Assembly (NCBI RefSeq): GCF_035998675.1
Contig: NZ_DASYHI010000013.1
Location: forward strand, 215,001-279,000
From: Telluribacter sp.
GTDB lineage: Bacteria > Bacteroidota > Bacteroidia > Cytophagales > Spirosomataceae
DNA length: 64,000 bases
Reading direction: 5' to 3'
The notes beneath the pieces are model-generated. The model did not search any database. It saw only the letters and a list, made by a program, of their open reading frames with translations, and was not told the DNA's origin. The number at the start of each line of letters is the position of its first letter. The stretch's first letter is position 1. The position numbers were made by a program, and so were the translations under genes. Shown piece by piece: positions 1 through 9,700 of the stretch.

Positions 1-660
1 ATTATGCCACCCATGACCGGTGTACGCGGCGGAGATGCTCCCCGGAGCGGCTGGAGCGTAGCGGTACCATCCATGGCCGTGTACAATACCTGGGACTCGC
101 GCGATTATCGTAAGGAAGTAAGCATGGAGGACTCACTTTTGATTGGAGGCAAACTTCAGCCCTATACCGTATTCCCGAATACAAAACGGCCTCACATTGC
201 CAAGTACTCGCGCTACGCTGGTAACTCCAACGCCGAAGGGCGCTACTCGGATCACAACTACGCCGCCATGCGTTACGCCGAAGTACTTCTTATCGCGGCC
301 GAAGCCCTGGGCGAAGTAAGTGGTGCCAATGCCGAAGCCGTTGGATACGTGAATCAGGTACGGGCCCGGGCCCGCAACTGGGCGGGTCGGCAGACCAACT
401 TCCCCGAAGCCGTAGCCCCCGGTATGAGCAAGGAAGCTTTTATCAACCTGGTACTGGAAGAACGACGCCTCGAGCTGGCCTTTGAGTACAAGCGCTGGTA
501 CGACATCAAGCGCCGGAAGCTGGGTGAGCAGGTCTTTAAAGGACCTAACTCCCTGGAGCCGCACCCTAACTTCGACCCCAACCGTGACTACCTGATGCCC
601 CTTCCCCGCGTAGAGCTTCAGGTCAATCCGAACCTGGGCCCGCAAAATCCCGGCTATTAA
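1..660 (+). CDS. SusD/RagB-family nutrient-binding outer-membrane lipoprotein, C-terminal fragment (gene starts left of the window)
   Basis: Frame is open from nt 1 to TAA 658-660. C-terminal SusD-type motifs are present (YAEVLLIAAEA, EERRLELAFEYKRWYDIKR, ending ...GPQNPGY). Similar C-terminal motifs (e.g. the ...NPG[YW] ending) occur in the complete SusD paralogs at 10390-12192 and 19899-21764. Confidence 0.85.
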   Translation: MMPPMTGVRGGDAPRSGWSVAVPSMAVYNTWDSRDYRKEVSMEDSLLIGGKLQPYTVFPNTKRPHIAKYSRYAGNSNAEGRYSDHNYAAMRYAEVLLIAAEALGEVSGANAEAVGYVNQVRARARNWAGRQTNFPEAVAPGMSKEAFINLVLEERRLELAFEYKRWYDIKRRKLGEQVFKGPNSLEPHPNFDPNRDYLMPLPRVELQVNPNLGPQNPGY

Positions 661-686
661 TCTTAATTTTTAGTAGTCATTCAGTG

Positions 687-735
687 AATGGTCCTGACTC
701 TATCGTCATAGATAGCAGGACCATTTTCTTTTACT
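687..735 (+). terminator. Intrinsic-terminator-like hairpin after the SusD fragment
   Basis: AATGGTCCTG (687-696) pairs with CAGGACCATT (716-725), a 10-bp stem, followed by a T-rich tract (TTTTCTTTT). Confidence 0.5.
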
Positions 736-817
736 CCGGATTTGATTTTTTGTGAATCAGGTATAGATCCGGTACTCTGAACTTTACCTTACCAAGTGCT
801 TAAACGCTTTTCAAGCT

Positions 818-1792
818 ATGCAAGATAACCTCAGTCGTCGCGATTTTATCCAGAAAGCCGCGGTAGCGACCGGCGCGGTAACGACCGGCGCGGTAACGAC
901 CGGCACCCTTCCTTTTTTGACAATGGATCCGGTAGCCGCCCAACCGCAGGCTGCGCTACCTCCCGTATTGATTTTTTCCAAGCACTTACAGTTTCTGGAT
1001 TATAAAGAAATGGCGGAGAAAGCCGCTGAAATTGGTTTTGACGGCGTGGACCTGACCGTAAGGCCCGGCGGACACGTACTACCCGAACGCGTCAAAACCG
1101 ACTTACCAAAAGCAGTAGAGGCAATAAAAAAAGCCGGTATCCAGCCCCTGATGATGACCACCGCCGTGGAGGACGCCAAGGGCACGGACGAAGTACTGTT
1201 AAAAACCGCCGCTGAGCAAGGCATTAAGTACTACCGGATGAACTGGTACAAGTACAAAGAAAAAGAAGCCTTGCCCGACACCCTCCGGCAGTACAAGCAG
1301 CAGGTCACGGCCCTGAGCCAGCTCAACAAGCAACTGGGCCTCATCGGTAGCTACCAGAACCACGCCGGTAAACTGGTGGGGGCTTCGACCTGGGAAATAT
1401 GGCAGCTGCTGCAAGGTGCCAACCCCGACCACATGGGCGTACAGTACGACATCCGGCACGCTACCGTAGAAGGCGGCCTGTCGTGGGAAAACGGGCTACG
1501 GCTCCTGCACCCGCATATTAAGATATTAGCAATAAAAGATTTTGTATGGGCCAATCAGAACGGAAAGTGGGCCGTGAAAAATGTACCGCTGGGAGAAGGT
1601 ATGGTAGATTTTAAAACTTACTTCGGCCTCCTGAAGCAGTACAACGTACAGGTACCCATCTCGATGCACTATGAGTACGGCCTGGGCGGTGCCGAACACG
1701 GCTCACGTACGCCTACGGTAGACAGGCAGGTAATTTATGACGCCATGAAACGGGATCTGAATAAACTAAAAGAACTGTGGACGCAGGTATAA
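818..1792 (+). CDS. Sugar phosphate isomerase/epimerase (xylose-isomerase-like TIM barrel) with Tat signal
   Basis: 324-aa ORF with N-terminal SRRDFIQKAAVATGA twin-arginine motif. The body resembles TIM-barrel AP-endonuclease-2/xylose-isomerase-like proteins (FDGVDLTVRPGGHV..., HYEY). Confidence 0.75.
   Translation: MQDNLSRRDFIQKAAVATGAVTTGAVTTGTLPFLTMDPVAAQPQAALPPVLIFSKHLQFLDYKEMAEKAAEIGFDGVDLTVRPGGHVLPERVKTDLPKAVEAIKKAGIQPLMMTTAVEDAKGTDEVLLKTAAEQGIKYYRMNWYKYKEKEALPDTLRQYKQQVTALSQLNKQLGLIGSYQNHAGKLVGASTWEIWQLLQGANPDHMGVQYDIRHATVEGGLSWENGLRLLHPHIKILAIKDFVWANQNGKWAVKNVPLGEGMVDFKTYFGLLKQYNVQVPISMHYEYGLGGAEHGSRTPTVDRQVIYDAMKRDLNKLKELWTQV
860..904 (+). repeat. 3 x 15-bp in-frame tandem repeat inside the Tat signal peptide
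   Basis: GCGGTAGCGACCGGC / GCGGTAACGACCGGC / GCGGTAACGACCGGC, encoding AVATG-AVTTG-AVTTG. Confidence 0.85.
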
Positions 1793-1820
1793 CAAGTACC
1801 ATATAGTTTTATCCTCTTCT

Positions 1821-3227
1821 ATGCTAACTATGAAATCGCTATTACTTGGATGTGCCTTACTCTTGTCAGGCTTTACGGTCATTGCCCAAAACCAACCTAC
1901 CCGAAACAACCAGAAGGTAGACGGCTACAAAGGGATCTGGTTTACGCTGGGGCAGTTCTCCGAATACGGCGATAAGTACTCGGGCGGACTGGGTACCTAC
2001 ACGGCCAAGCATATTCCGCTGGCTATTTATGCCCCGACCGTGAACAAAACCTTCTTTGTGTACGGAGGTACCACCGGCCCCGACGACAAGTACCTGCTCT
2101 GCATGATTGGCAGCTACGACCATGCCTCGGGTACAGTAGCCCGCCCTACGGTAGTGTACGATAAAAAAGGAGTCGAAGACCCGCACGACAACCCCAGCCT
2201 AAGTATGGATAGCGACGGGTACCTGTGGGTATTTGTGAGTGGCCGCAACACCAGCCGCCCGGGCTTCAAGTACCGCAGTCAAAAGCCGTACAGCACCGAA
2301 GGCTTTGACCAGATTACCGAGGAGACGATGACCTATCCCCAGCCGAAGTACATCCCGGGCAAGGGCTTCCTTAACCTGTTTACCAAATACACGGGCGTGC
2401 GGGAGTTGTACTTTGAAACCAGCCCCGACGGGGTTACCTGGACCGAAGACCGGAAACTGGCGGGCATGAAGCGACCTGAGGACAAAAACAGCGGTCACTA
2501 CCAAATCAGCGGTCAGCACGGCGAAAAGATAGTTTTCTTCTTTAACTGGCACCCCAACGGTGACGTAGACCAGCGCACCAATATCTACTACCTCCAGACC
2601 ACCGACTTCGGCCAGACCTGGACCACCGTCGACGGGAAGGAAGTCACTATTCCGGTCACGGATGTGGCTTCGCCGGTCCTGGTGAAAGAGTTTTTCAGTC
2701 AGGGACAGAATGTGTACATCAAAGATGTCAATTTTGACGAAAAAGGCAACCCGATTGCCCTGTACCTGTCGGGTCCTGGTCATCAGCCCGGGCCTAAGAA
2801 TGGCCTGCGGCAGTGGGCGGTCATTTACTGGAACGGCTCCGCCTGGGAAAACTACCCCATTGCCACCTCCGACCATAACTACGACACCGGTAGCCTGTTT
2901 GTGAAGGATAACGAGTGGATGGTGGTAGCCCCCACCGAAAACACGCCTCAGCCCTGGGGTGGTGGTGGCGAAGTAGTACTTTGGAAAAGTACCAACAAAG
3001 GCAAAACCTGGACGCGCACCAAACAGCTCACAAAAAACAGCCCCCGCAACCACAACTACATCCGGAAGGTAGTGAACGGCCGCGACCCTTTCTACTACTT
3101 TTGGGCCGACGGCGATCCGGGTAAGTTCAGCCCGTCGCAGCTGTACTTTGGTGATAGTCAGGGTCAGGTATGGGAATTGCCGTATACCATGACGCAGGAA
3201 GCAGAGAAGCCGGTGCGGAGGAAGTGA
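1821..3227 (+). CDS. Secreted BNR-repeat-like (BNR_4-type) beta-propeller protein
   Basis: 468-aa ORF with a signal peptide (MKSLLLGCALLLSGFTVIAQ; alternative start 1830). Repeated S-x-D-x-G-x-T-W-like motifs are present (SPDGVTWT, TDFGQTWT, STNKGKTWT). The long antisense ORF 2199-3365 is judged a shadow ORF. Confidence 0.65.
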   Translation: MLTMKSLLLGCALLLSGFTVIAQNQPTRNNQKVDGYKGIWFTLGQFSEYGDKYSGGLGTYTAKHIPLAIYAPTVNKTFFVYGGTTGPDDKYLLCMIGSYDHASGTVARPTVVYDKKGVEDPHDNPSLSMDSDGYLWVFVSGRNTSRPGFKYRSQKPYSTEGFDQITEETMTYPQPKYIPGKGFLNLFTKYTGVRELYFETSPDGVTWTEDRKLAGMKRPEDKNSGHYQISGQHGEKIVFFFNWHPNGDVDQRTNIYYLQTTDFGQTWTTVDGKEVTIPVTDVASPVLVKEFFSQGQNVYIKDVNFDEKGNPIALYLSGPGHQPGPKNGLRQWAVIYWNGSAWENYPIATSDHNYDTGSLFVKDNEWMVVAPTENTPQPWGGGGEVVLWKSTNKGKTWTRTKQLTKNSPRNHNYIRKVVNGRDPFYYFWADGDPGKFSPSQLYFGDSQGQVWELPYTMTQEAEKPVRRK

Positions 3228-3358
3228 GGTTGGGAGAGTTTCTGTGGAAAGTACAGCACAAAAAGTGCTAGTATATATTTTAAAAGTACAAATAAATACA
3301 AAAAGTACTGCAAAACTTGCGTATATCTGAGAGTTGGCAGTAATTGTTACGAGACACG

Positions 3359-3952
3359 ATGACAAAACAAGATTTTCAGAAATTATGGAATTTAAATTAC
3401 CCAGAGACTGTACCGATTGCGTATCTGTTCAAACACGAATATTCTGACAGGTGGTTTAGAATTCATAGTTTGCCTGAATCAAAGCGATATGCAGAAGATG
3501 AAAACGAATGGCAAATTCTTCTTTCAAGACAAAACGAAATTATTACAGACTTGTTTGGACATGAAACACCAATTCTAATTGTGACAGGTGAATATAATTG
3601 GGGCGACAACAGTCAAACTCATATAACACAGGAAGAAGAAATATTTAAACCTTTTTCATTTTTACGGCTTGACAACATTGAGTTGAATAAAATTGACGCT
3701 GAACAATATGACGAGCCTGACATTTACAGACCAGCATTTGCACTGACTATTTGGAAACCAAACTATCACGACAAACTTTTGAGAGAAATTGCAAAAGACA
3801 ATGCAAGAGCATTCTTCATATCGTTTGACAAAAATGTAATTGTTGCACCTTATGACGGGGGCATTGACTTTATGCTGAAAGATTGTTTGACAAAAGAGAG
3901 TTATAAAAATAAATATAGACATTGGTTATCAGAACGAGAAGATGGATTTTAA
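3359..3952 (+). CDS. DUF3885-like hypothetical protein (AT-rich island gene)
   Basis: ATG at 3359 (MTKQDF...), 197 aa. Length and the C-terminal APYDGGID motif fit my recollection of the DUF3885 family (about 200 aa, YDDRG-like motif). Composition is clearly more AT-rich than the neighbours. Confidence 0.55.
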   Translation: MTKQDFQKLWNLNYPETVPIAYLFKHEYSDRWFRIHSLPESKRYAEDENEWQILLSRQNEIITDLFGHETPILIVTGEYNWGDNSQTHITQEEEIFKPFSFLRLDNIELNKIDAEQYDEPDIYRPAFALTIWKPNYHDKLLREIAKDNARAFFISFDKNVIVAPYDGGIDFMLKDCLTKESYKNKYRHWLSEREDGF

Positions 3953-4020
3953 GAGTGAAACAGAAACAACTACTGCCAACACTACATTGGCGTTATGGCG
4001 GCTGAAGGAAATAATTCCCC

Positions 4021-4167
4021 CGCTAACCCCGATTTGTAATCGGGGTTGCATCCATTTTGCGTTTTTTAACGCGAGCCATGCATGAGGGTATTCGCGCGGT
4101 CGGCCGCAGCCGTTGCAAACGCGGGGAGACAGCATCCCGATTACAAATCGGGACGAGCGCGATAAAA
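4021..4167 (+). repeat. Modular palindromic repeat, copy A (longest form)
   Basis: 5' module CGCTAACCCCGATTTGTAATCGGGG (hairpin 4027-4045). 3' module AGCATCCCGATTACAAATCGGG-ACGAGCGCGATAA (hairpin 4136-4152). Internal modules are shared with copy B (about 52 nt) and copy C (CGGTCGGCCGCAGCCGTTGC). Confidence 0.85.
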
Positions 4168-4198
4168 TACGCTAAAAACACTCATTTTAGAAAATAGA

Positions 4199-4735
4199 AT
4201 GCTACTAAAAGCATATACATCCACTTGGATTAAAGATTTTTCGGATATAAAACGTGAAATAGAAATCGTCTTTGACGGCATTGAATATAGTATTGAACAC
4301 GTTGGAAGTACTTCGGTACCCAATTTGGATTCAAAACCGATAATTGACGTTGATATTGTTTATTCCAATCAAATAGACTTCGAAAAAATAAAAACGGGGC
4401 TTGAAAGAATAGGGTATGATCATAATGGAAACCAGGGAATCCAGAACCGGGAGGTGTTTAAAAGAAATGGAAAATGGACTAATGAAGTTTTGGACACAAT
4501 AAAGCATCATCTTTATGTTTGTCCAGTTGGCAGTAAAGCATTGGAAAGACACATTTTATCTCGAAATTTTTTGAGAAGAAATGATTGGGCCAGGATAGAA
4601 TATCAGCAAATGAAATATGAATTAGCTGAGAAAGCTAATCAGGACAGAAAAGAATATGCTGCTTTGAAAGAACTGTTTGCCAATGATTTTATCGACTTAA
4701 TGATAGAAGAAGAAAAACAAACGCATAACAACTAA
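4199..4735 (+). CDS. GrpB-family protein (nucleotidyltransferase-fold, UPF0157)
   Basis: 178-aa ORF with HVGSTSVPNLDSKPIIDVDIV, the typical GrpB core motif. AT-rich composition. Confidence 0.7.
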   Translation: MLLKAYTSTWIKDFSDIKREIEIVFDGIEYSIEHVGSTSVPNLDSKPIIDVDIVYSNQIDFEKIKTGLERIGYDHNGNQGIQNREVFKRNGKWTNEVLDTIKHHLYVCPVGSKALERHILSRNFLRRNDWARIEYQQMKYELAEKANQDRKEYAALKELFANDFIDLMIEEEKQTHNN

Positions 4736-4763
4736 GCTTCGTTGCCCCGTAATACAAAACAAA

Positions 4764-4790
4764 CCCCTGGCCCCCTTCCCCCCCAAACCC
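4764..4790 (-). other. Canonical G-quadruplex-type motif (G-rich on minus strand)
   Basis: Plus strand reads CCCC-TGG-CCCCC-TT-CCCCCCC-AAA-CCC, so the minus strand is GGG-TTT-GGGGGGG-AA-GGGGG-CCA-GGGG. It lies about 80 nt upstream of the ECF sigma ORF. Confidence 0.5.
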
Positions 4791-4869
4791 AAGCCAAACA
4801 CAAAACAAGTAAAAAACACGCCGCCCCGGCTTAGTAGGGATAGTTGCGCTGGTATTCAGCAGTAGCTCC

Positions 4870-5478
4870 GTGAAATTAACTCTTTGTCAGATGAGTGGAC
4901 GCTACGTGACGTATTCGGATGAAGATCTGCTTGACCTCATGCAACAGCATGATGACGAGCTGGCTTTTGGCGAATTGTACAACCGGTACTTCCGGCTGCT
5001 ATTCAACTACGCCTACGAAAAAGTAAGTGACCAGTTTGTGGCGCAGGAAATTGTGCAGGAGTTGTTTGTCAGCCTGTGGCAGCAGCGCCACCACGCTTCT
5101 ATCCAGGCCTGTCGTCCCTATGTATTCTCCGTTGCCAAAAACCTTATTATCAGCCACTACCGGAAGGAGTTTACGCGTCAGCGCCATTACCAGCAGTGGG
5201 GTACCCTTCTCCCTTTTACCTCCGACCAGTGCGACCAGAAAGCGCTGACCGACGACCTGCAGCAGCACTACGAAAAGGGGCTGAATTTGCTGCCCGGCAA
5301 GTGTCGGGAGGTATTTGTACTGAGTCGGCAGGGACTTCCCAATCGTGAAATCGCCCGTGAGCTGGGTATTTCCGAAAAAACCGTAGAGCAGCACATTACC
5401 AAAGCCTTACGCATTCTGAGGGTACACCTTAGGGAGCATCTGCCTTACTGTCTTATTGCATTTCAACTATTTCTGTAA
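4870..5478 (+). CDS. ECF (sigma-70 family, group 4) RNA polymerase sigma factor
   Basis: Region-2-like FGELYNRYFRLLFNYAY...QEIVQELFVSLW and region-4 HTH REIARELGISEKTVEQHITKALRILR. The start is uncertain: GTG 4870, or the in-frame ATGs at 4900 or 4939. Confidence 0.85.
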   Translation: MKLTLCQMSGRYVTYSDEDLLDLMQQHDDELAFGELYNRYFRLLFNYAYEKVSDQFVAQEIVQELFVSLWQQRHHASIQACRPYVFSVAKNLIISHYRKEFTRQRHYQQWGTLLPFTSDQCDQKALTDDLQQHYEKGLNLLPGKCREVFVLSRQGLPNREIARELGISEKTVEQHITKALRILRVHLREHLPYCLIAFQLFL

Positions 5479-5557
5479 ATTTTTCTATTTCAACTAAGGG
5501 TACCGGACTTTTCGTGCGACTTAAGGAGTAACTAACCTTACGTACGGAAAAATTGGC

Positions 5558-6601
5558 ATGAACAAGCCCCCCATTTCCTCTGATTTATTACAGAAGTACC
5601 TTAATAACGAATGCACCGATCAGGAAAAAGAGGCGGTTGAAGAATGGTATGCCTCCCTGAAAGGAATTCCTGACTACCTGGAAACCCTTCCGGTACAGGA
5701 AAGAAACCATATCAAAACAGAAACACTTCGGCGAATAAGGGAGCAACTTGCCCCTGTCCAGCCGGTACCTGCTCTACCGGCCACGCATCGGGTCCGGTCC
5801 CTGGGCTGGTGGCTGGGAGCCGCCGCTTCGGTTGTTGTGGTGGCTGGCTTATGGTTTGCGTATACAGGCCAGAGAGCGTCGGACGTAGTAACGGCCGAAG
5901 TACAGCAGCCGCCAAAAGAATCATTGCCTTCAACCGGAATAGTCAGGTTTGTCAATGAAGAACCCCGAATGGTCATGCACCAGCTACCAGACGGCAGTAC
6001 GGTATGGATGCACGCTGAGGCCTCCATTACCTATCCCCGGTCTTTTGCCGAAGAACGCCGCCTGGTGACATTTGAAGGGGAAGGTTTCTTTGATGTAAAA
6101 TCCGACAAAAAACGGCCTTTCACTATTCAGAGTGGTGATATGCGGGTAGAGGTACTTGGCACGCGCTTCAACGTAAAAGCCCCTCCCAAGCAGCTGATCT
6201 ACGAAGTTTCGGTGGTATCGGGTAGTGTGGCTGTCAGTACTCCGGCCAATGATGCCGCCTCCCAAAAGGTAGTGCTGGCGCCCAAGCAACAGGCGCTTTT
6301 TGAAACCAGGACCAGACGCCTGACCTCCAATACCATACCCGCTGAACCTAAAAAAGAAATCTACGAACCCGTAACCGTCACCTTTGAAAGTACCCCGCTA
6401 AAACAGGCCATTGAGCAACTGAGCCAACGCTACGATGTACGGGTACATCTGGTCAATCCTGACATGAACACCTGTAGGCTAACGGCCGACTTTGAACAAC
6501 AGCCCCTTCCGGCTATCCTTGAAATGCTGTGCGCCACGTTAGATGCCACCTATACCATGTCCGGCAAAACCATAATGATAGAAGGAGAACCTTGTGAATG
6601 A
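5558..6601 (+). CDS. FecR-family anti-sigma factor / transmembrane sensor
   Basis: 347 aa with an N-terminal cytoplasmic segment, one TM helix (WWLGAAASVVVVAGLWFAY), a FecR-type periplasmic domain (VTFEGEGFFDV, VEVLGTRFNV) and a DUF4974-like C-terminus. It sits between the ECF sigma and the STN-SusC gene. Confidence 0.85.
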   Translation: MNKPPISSDLLQKYLNNECTDQEKEAVEEWYASLKGIPDYLETLPVQERNHIKTETLRRIREQLAPVQPVPALPATHRVRSLGWWLGAAASVVVVAGLWFAYTGQRASDVVTAEVQQPPKESLPSTGIVRFVNEEPRMVMHQLPDGSTVWMHAEASITYPRSFAEERRLVTFEGEGFFDVKSDKKRPFTIQSGDMRVEVLGTRFNVKAPPKQLIYEVSVVSGSVAVSTPANDAASQKVVLAPKQQALFETRTRRLTSNTIPAEPKKEIYEPVTVTFESTPLKQAIEQLSQRYDVRVHLVNPDMNTCRLTADFEQQPLPAILEMLCATLDATYTMSGKTIMIEGEPCE

Positions 6602-6789
6602 CCACCTTTAACCCCTGCCTAAGCCATGATTACCTATTGCGAAATACCACCCTAGAAACAAAAAAACCGGGAGTGTGCCACCACCCCCGATTATCCTTGT
6701 TTATCAGTACTTGTACACAATTTCACGTGCCACCGTGAGGGTGCAGGTACTCATTGTCCAACAGAGCTAACCATCAGACAATCAAATTT

Positions 6790-9700
6790 ATGAAAAAATT
6801 ACTACGTAACAAGCCGATCAACTGGCGAAAGATTATGCGCTTCGGACTGCTGCAATGGCTATTGGCCGCCCTGCTTGCCAGCGTTACCTACGCCCGGGAA
6901 AGTACCGCCCAGTCTATCCTGAGCAAGGATATGACAATTCAACTGACTAACGTGCCCCTGAAAGAAGCCCTGGGGCAGATTCAGGAAAAAGTTCAGGCTA
7001 AATTTGTGTACAGCAGCCGGATTTCGCTGGATGACCGAATCACCATTGATGCTAAAAACGAGAAGGTTTCTACTATTCTGGATCAGATCCTGGTTCCACG
7101 CGGGATCAGCTACCGGGTCATCAACGATCAGATTGTACTGTCACGGCAGAAGTTGAAGACCACCTCCGTACTGCCTGATCTGGAAGAACGGCTTCTTAAC
7201 TGGAACGCCCCCAAAGATGTAACGATCCGCGGACAGGTACTTGCCGCCGACAACAGCGAGCCGCTGCCGGGGGTAAGTGTAGTAGTAAAAGGTACCAGCC
7301 GGGGTACGACTACCGACGGCAACGGTGCCTACGAACTGGTAGTACCCGATGTTCAGTCGGTGCTGGTGTTCAGTTTTGTGGGGTACCTGCCCCAGGAGGT
7401 GACAGTGGGTAACCGCTCCCAGATCGACATTACGCTTCAGGCCGACATAAAAGCCCTGCAGGAGGTAGTAGTAGTAGGCTATGGTACCCAAAAGAAAGTA
7501 AACCTGACCGGAGCCGTGGATCAGGTATCGGGTGAAGTATTTGACAACCGTCCGCTGACCAACCTCAACCAGGGCTTGCAGGGGGTACTGCCCAACGTCA
7601 ATATCCGGATGCTCGACGGTCGGCCTACCCAGTCACCTACCATCAACGTAAGGGGTACTACCTCCATCGGTCAGGGCGGAAGCGCCCTTATCCTGATTGA
7701 TGGTGTAGAAGGCGACCCCTCAATGCTGAACCCCAACGACATTGAGTCCGTAACGGTACTGAAAGATGCCGCCTCGGCGGCAGTTTACGGTGCAAGGGGT
7801 GCGTTTGGGGTAGTACTTATCACCACCAAACTACCCGCCAAGGATGCTTTTTCGGTTACCTACAACGCTAATTTCGGCACCAAGCAGCCTACGGTACTTC
7901 CCAACTACCTCACCGATGGCTTTACCTGGGCCAGCATGTACAATACGTCTTTTTTCAATTGGGAGAATACTTATCCGCAGAACGTAAACAAGACGCTGAA
8001 CTTCTCGCAGGAATACCTGGCCGAGCTAGAGCGCCGGTCTAAAGACCCCAGCCTGCCCAAAACGGAGGTGGGTCCGGACGGTCGGTATGTGTACTACGAA
8101 AATACCGACTGGTTCAACCTGCTCTATAAAGACCGGCTGAAATTTCAGGAGCATAACCTGTCGTTATCCAGAAGTACCGACAAGGCCAACTTCATGATTA
8201 CCGGGCGCTACAACGGGCAGGATGGGTTGTTCCGGTACAACTCCGATGACTTCCGGGTGTATAACCTCCGGGCCAAAGGCGCCATTAAGCTGTTTCCCTG
8301 GCTGGAAGTAAACAACAACGTCGACTACTCCAACCGCTTTTACCATACTCCCATCAACGTGGGCGAGGGTGGCGGTATCTGGCGGAATATCGGGGATGAA
8401 GGACACGTGCTATCACCCATGCTCAACCCCGACGGCACCATTACCCACTCCGGTGCCTTTACGGTTGGGGATTTTTACTACGGCAAAAACGGTCAGGATA
8501 CCGAGCGGAGCATTATCCGGAACACCACCGGTTTTGAATCCAAATTTTTGAATAATTCGCTTCGGGTCATTGGGAACTTTACGTTTCAGAATATCTACAA
8601 TGATGAGAACAGAAGGCGCGTACAAGTACCATTCAGCCGGTCGCCGGGGGTGATCGAGTACGTGGGTAACCAGTACAACGACCTCACCGAGTACCACAAC
8701 CGCACCCGGTACATGGCCTCTAACCTGTACGCTGAGTACGAGAAAACGGTGAACAAGCACTACTTCAAGGCCATGGTCGGTACCAACTACGAGCAGTCGA
8801 CCTACAACCGCCTGGAAGTACAACGCAACGGACTTATTTTTGAAGATGCTACCAATATCAACCTGGCTCTGGGGCAGGCTATCTCTACCTCCGGTAACTA
8901 CGAAGCCTGGAAAATTCTGGGAGGTTTCTCGCGCCTGAACTACATATTCAATGATAAGTACCTCATTGAGTTCAACGGCCGCTACGATGGCTCCTCCAAG
9001 TTTCCTGAAAACGAGCGGTTCGGCTTCTTCCCCTCCATATCGGTAGGATGGCGCCTGTCGCAGGAGGAGTTCTGGCCCGTGTCGGACCGGATTGTTACCG
9101 ACCTGAAGTTCAGAGGCTCCTACGGCTCGCTCGGTAATGGTAACATCGGCTCGTATGCTTTCCAGGAAACCTTCTCGATCGGACAGATGGGCCGCATCCT
9201 GAACGGCATTCTGCCCCAGCGCACCCGTCTGCCGTCTGTTCTTCCCGACGGCCTTACCTGGGAAACGGCCACTACCAGCAACGTAGGGATGGACCTGACC
9301 ATGCTGTCGGGCAAACTGACGCTGAACGCCGACGCTTACATCCGCAAAACTACGGATATGTACACCATCGGTCTTACCCTACCGGCCATCTTCGGCGCTA
9401 CCTCGCCCCGCGGTAACTACGCCGACCTGAAAACCACCGGCTGGGAAGTGGTTATGGCCTGGCGCGACCAGTTCAACGTCGGTTCCGGCCCCTTCAACTA
9501 CCGCATTGGCTTCAATCTGGCGGATAATCAGTCTACCATCCTGCGGTATAATAACCCCAATAAATTCCTGAATGACTACTACGAAGGCATGAAAATAGGG
9601 GAAATGTGGGGCTACGTGAACGACGGATTCTTTAAGACCAAGGCGGAAATCGATGCGCACGCCAACCAGCGGTTGTTTCTATCCACCGCCCGCGGTGAGA

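Noticed and set aside
2199-3365. 388-aa antisense ORF; other long antisense ORFs include 15328-16110, 41655-42380, 48163-48813, 45832-46464, 46685-47284 and 32434-33135.
   Set aside because: The products are Gly/Arg/Val-rich with no motifs. Each lies opposite a CDS with clear family signatures. These are typical shadow ORFs of GC-rich coding DNA.
4021-4167. Integron attC site / gene-cassette recombination site.
   Set aside because: The architecture is suggestive, but I cannot find the canonical outer core sites. The 5' end reads CGCTAAC rather than RYYYAAC, and no complementary GTTRRRY is present at the 3' end. No intI-like integrase is in the window. It is kept as a cassette-like repeat finding, not called attC.
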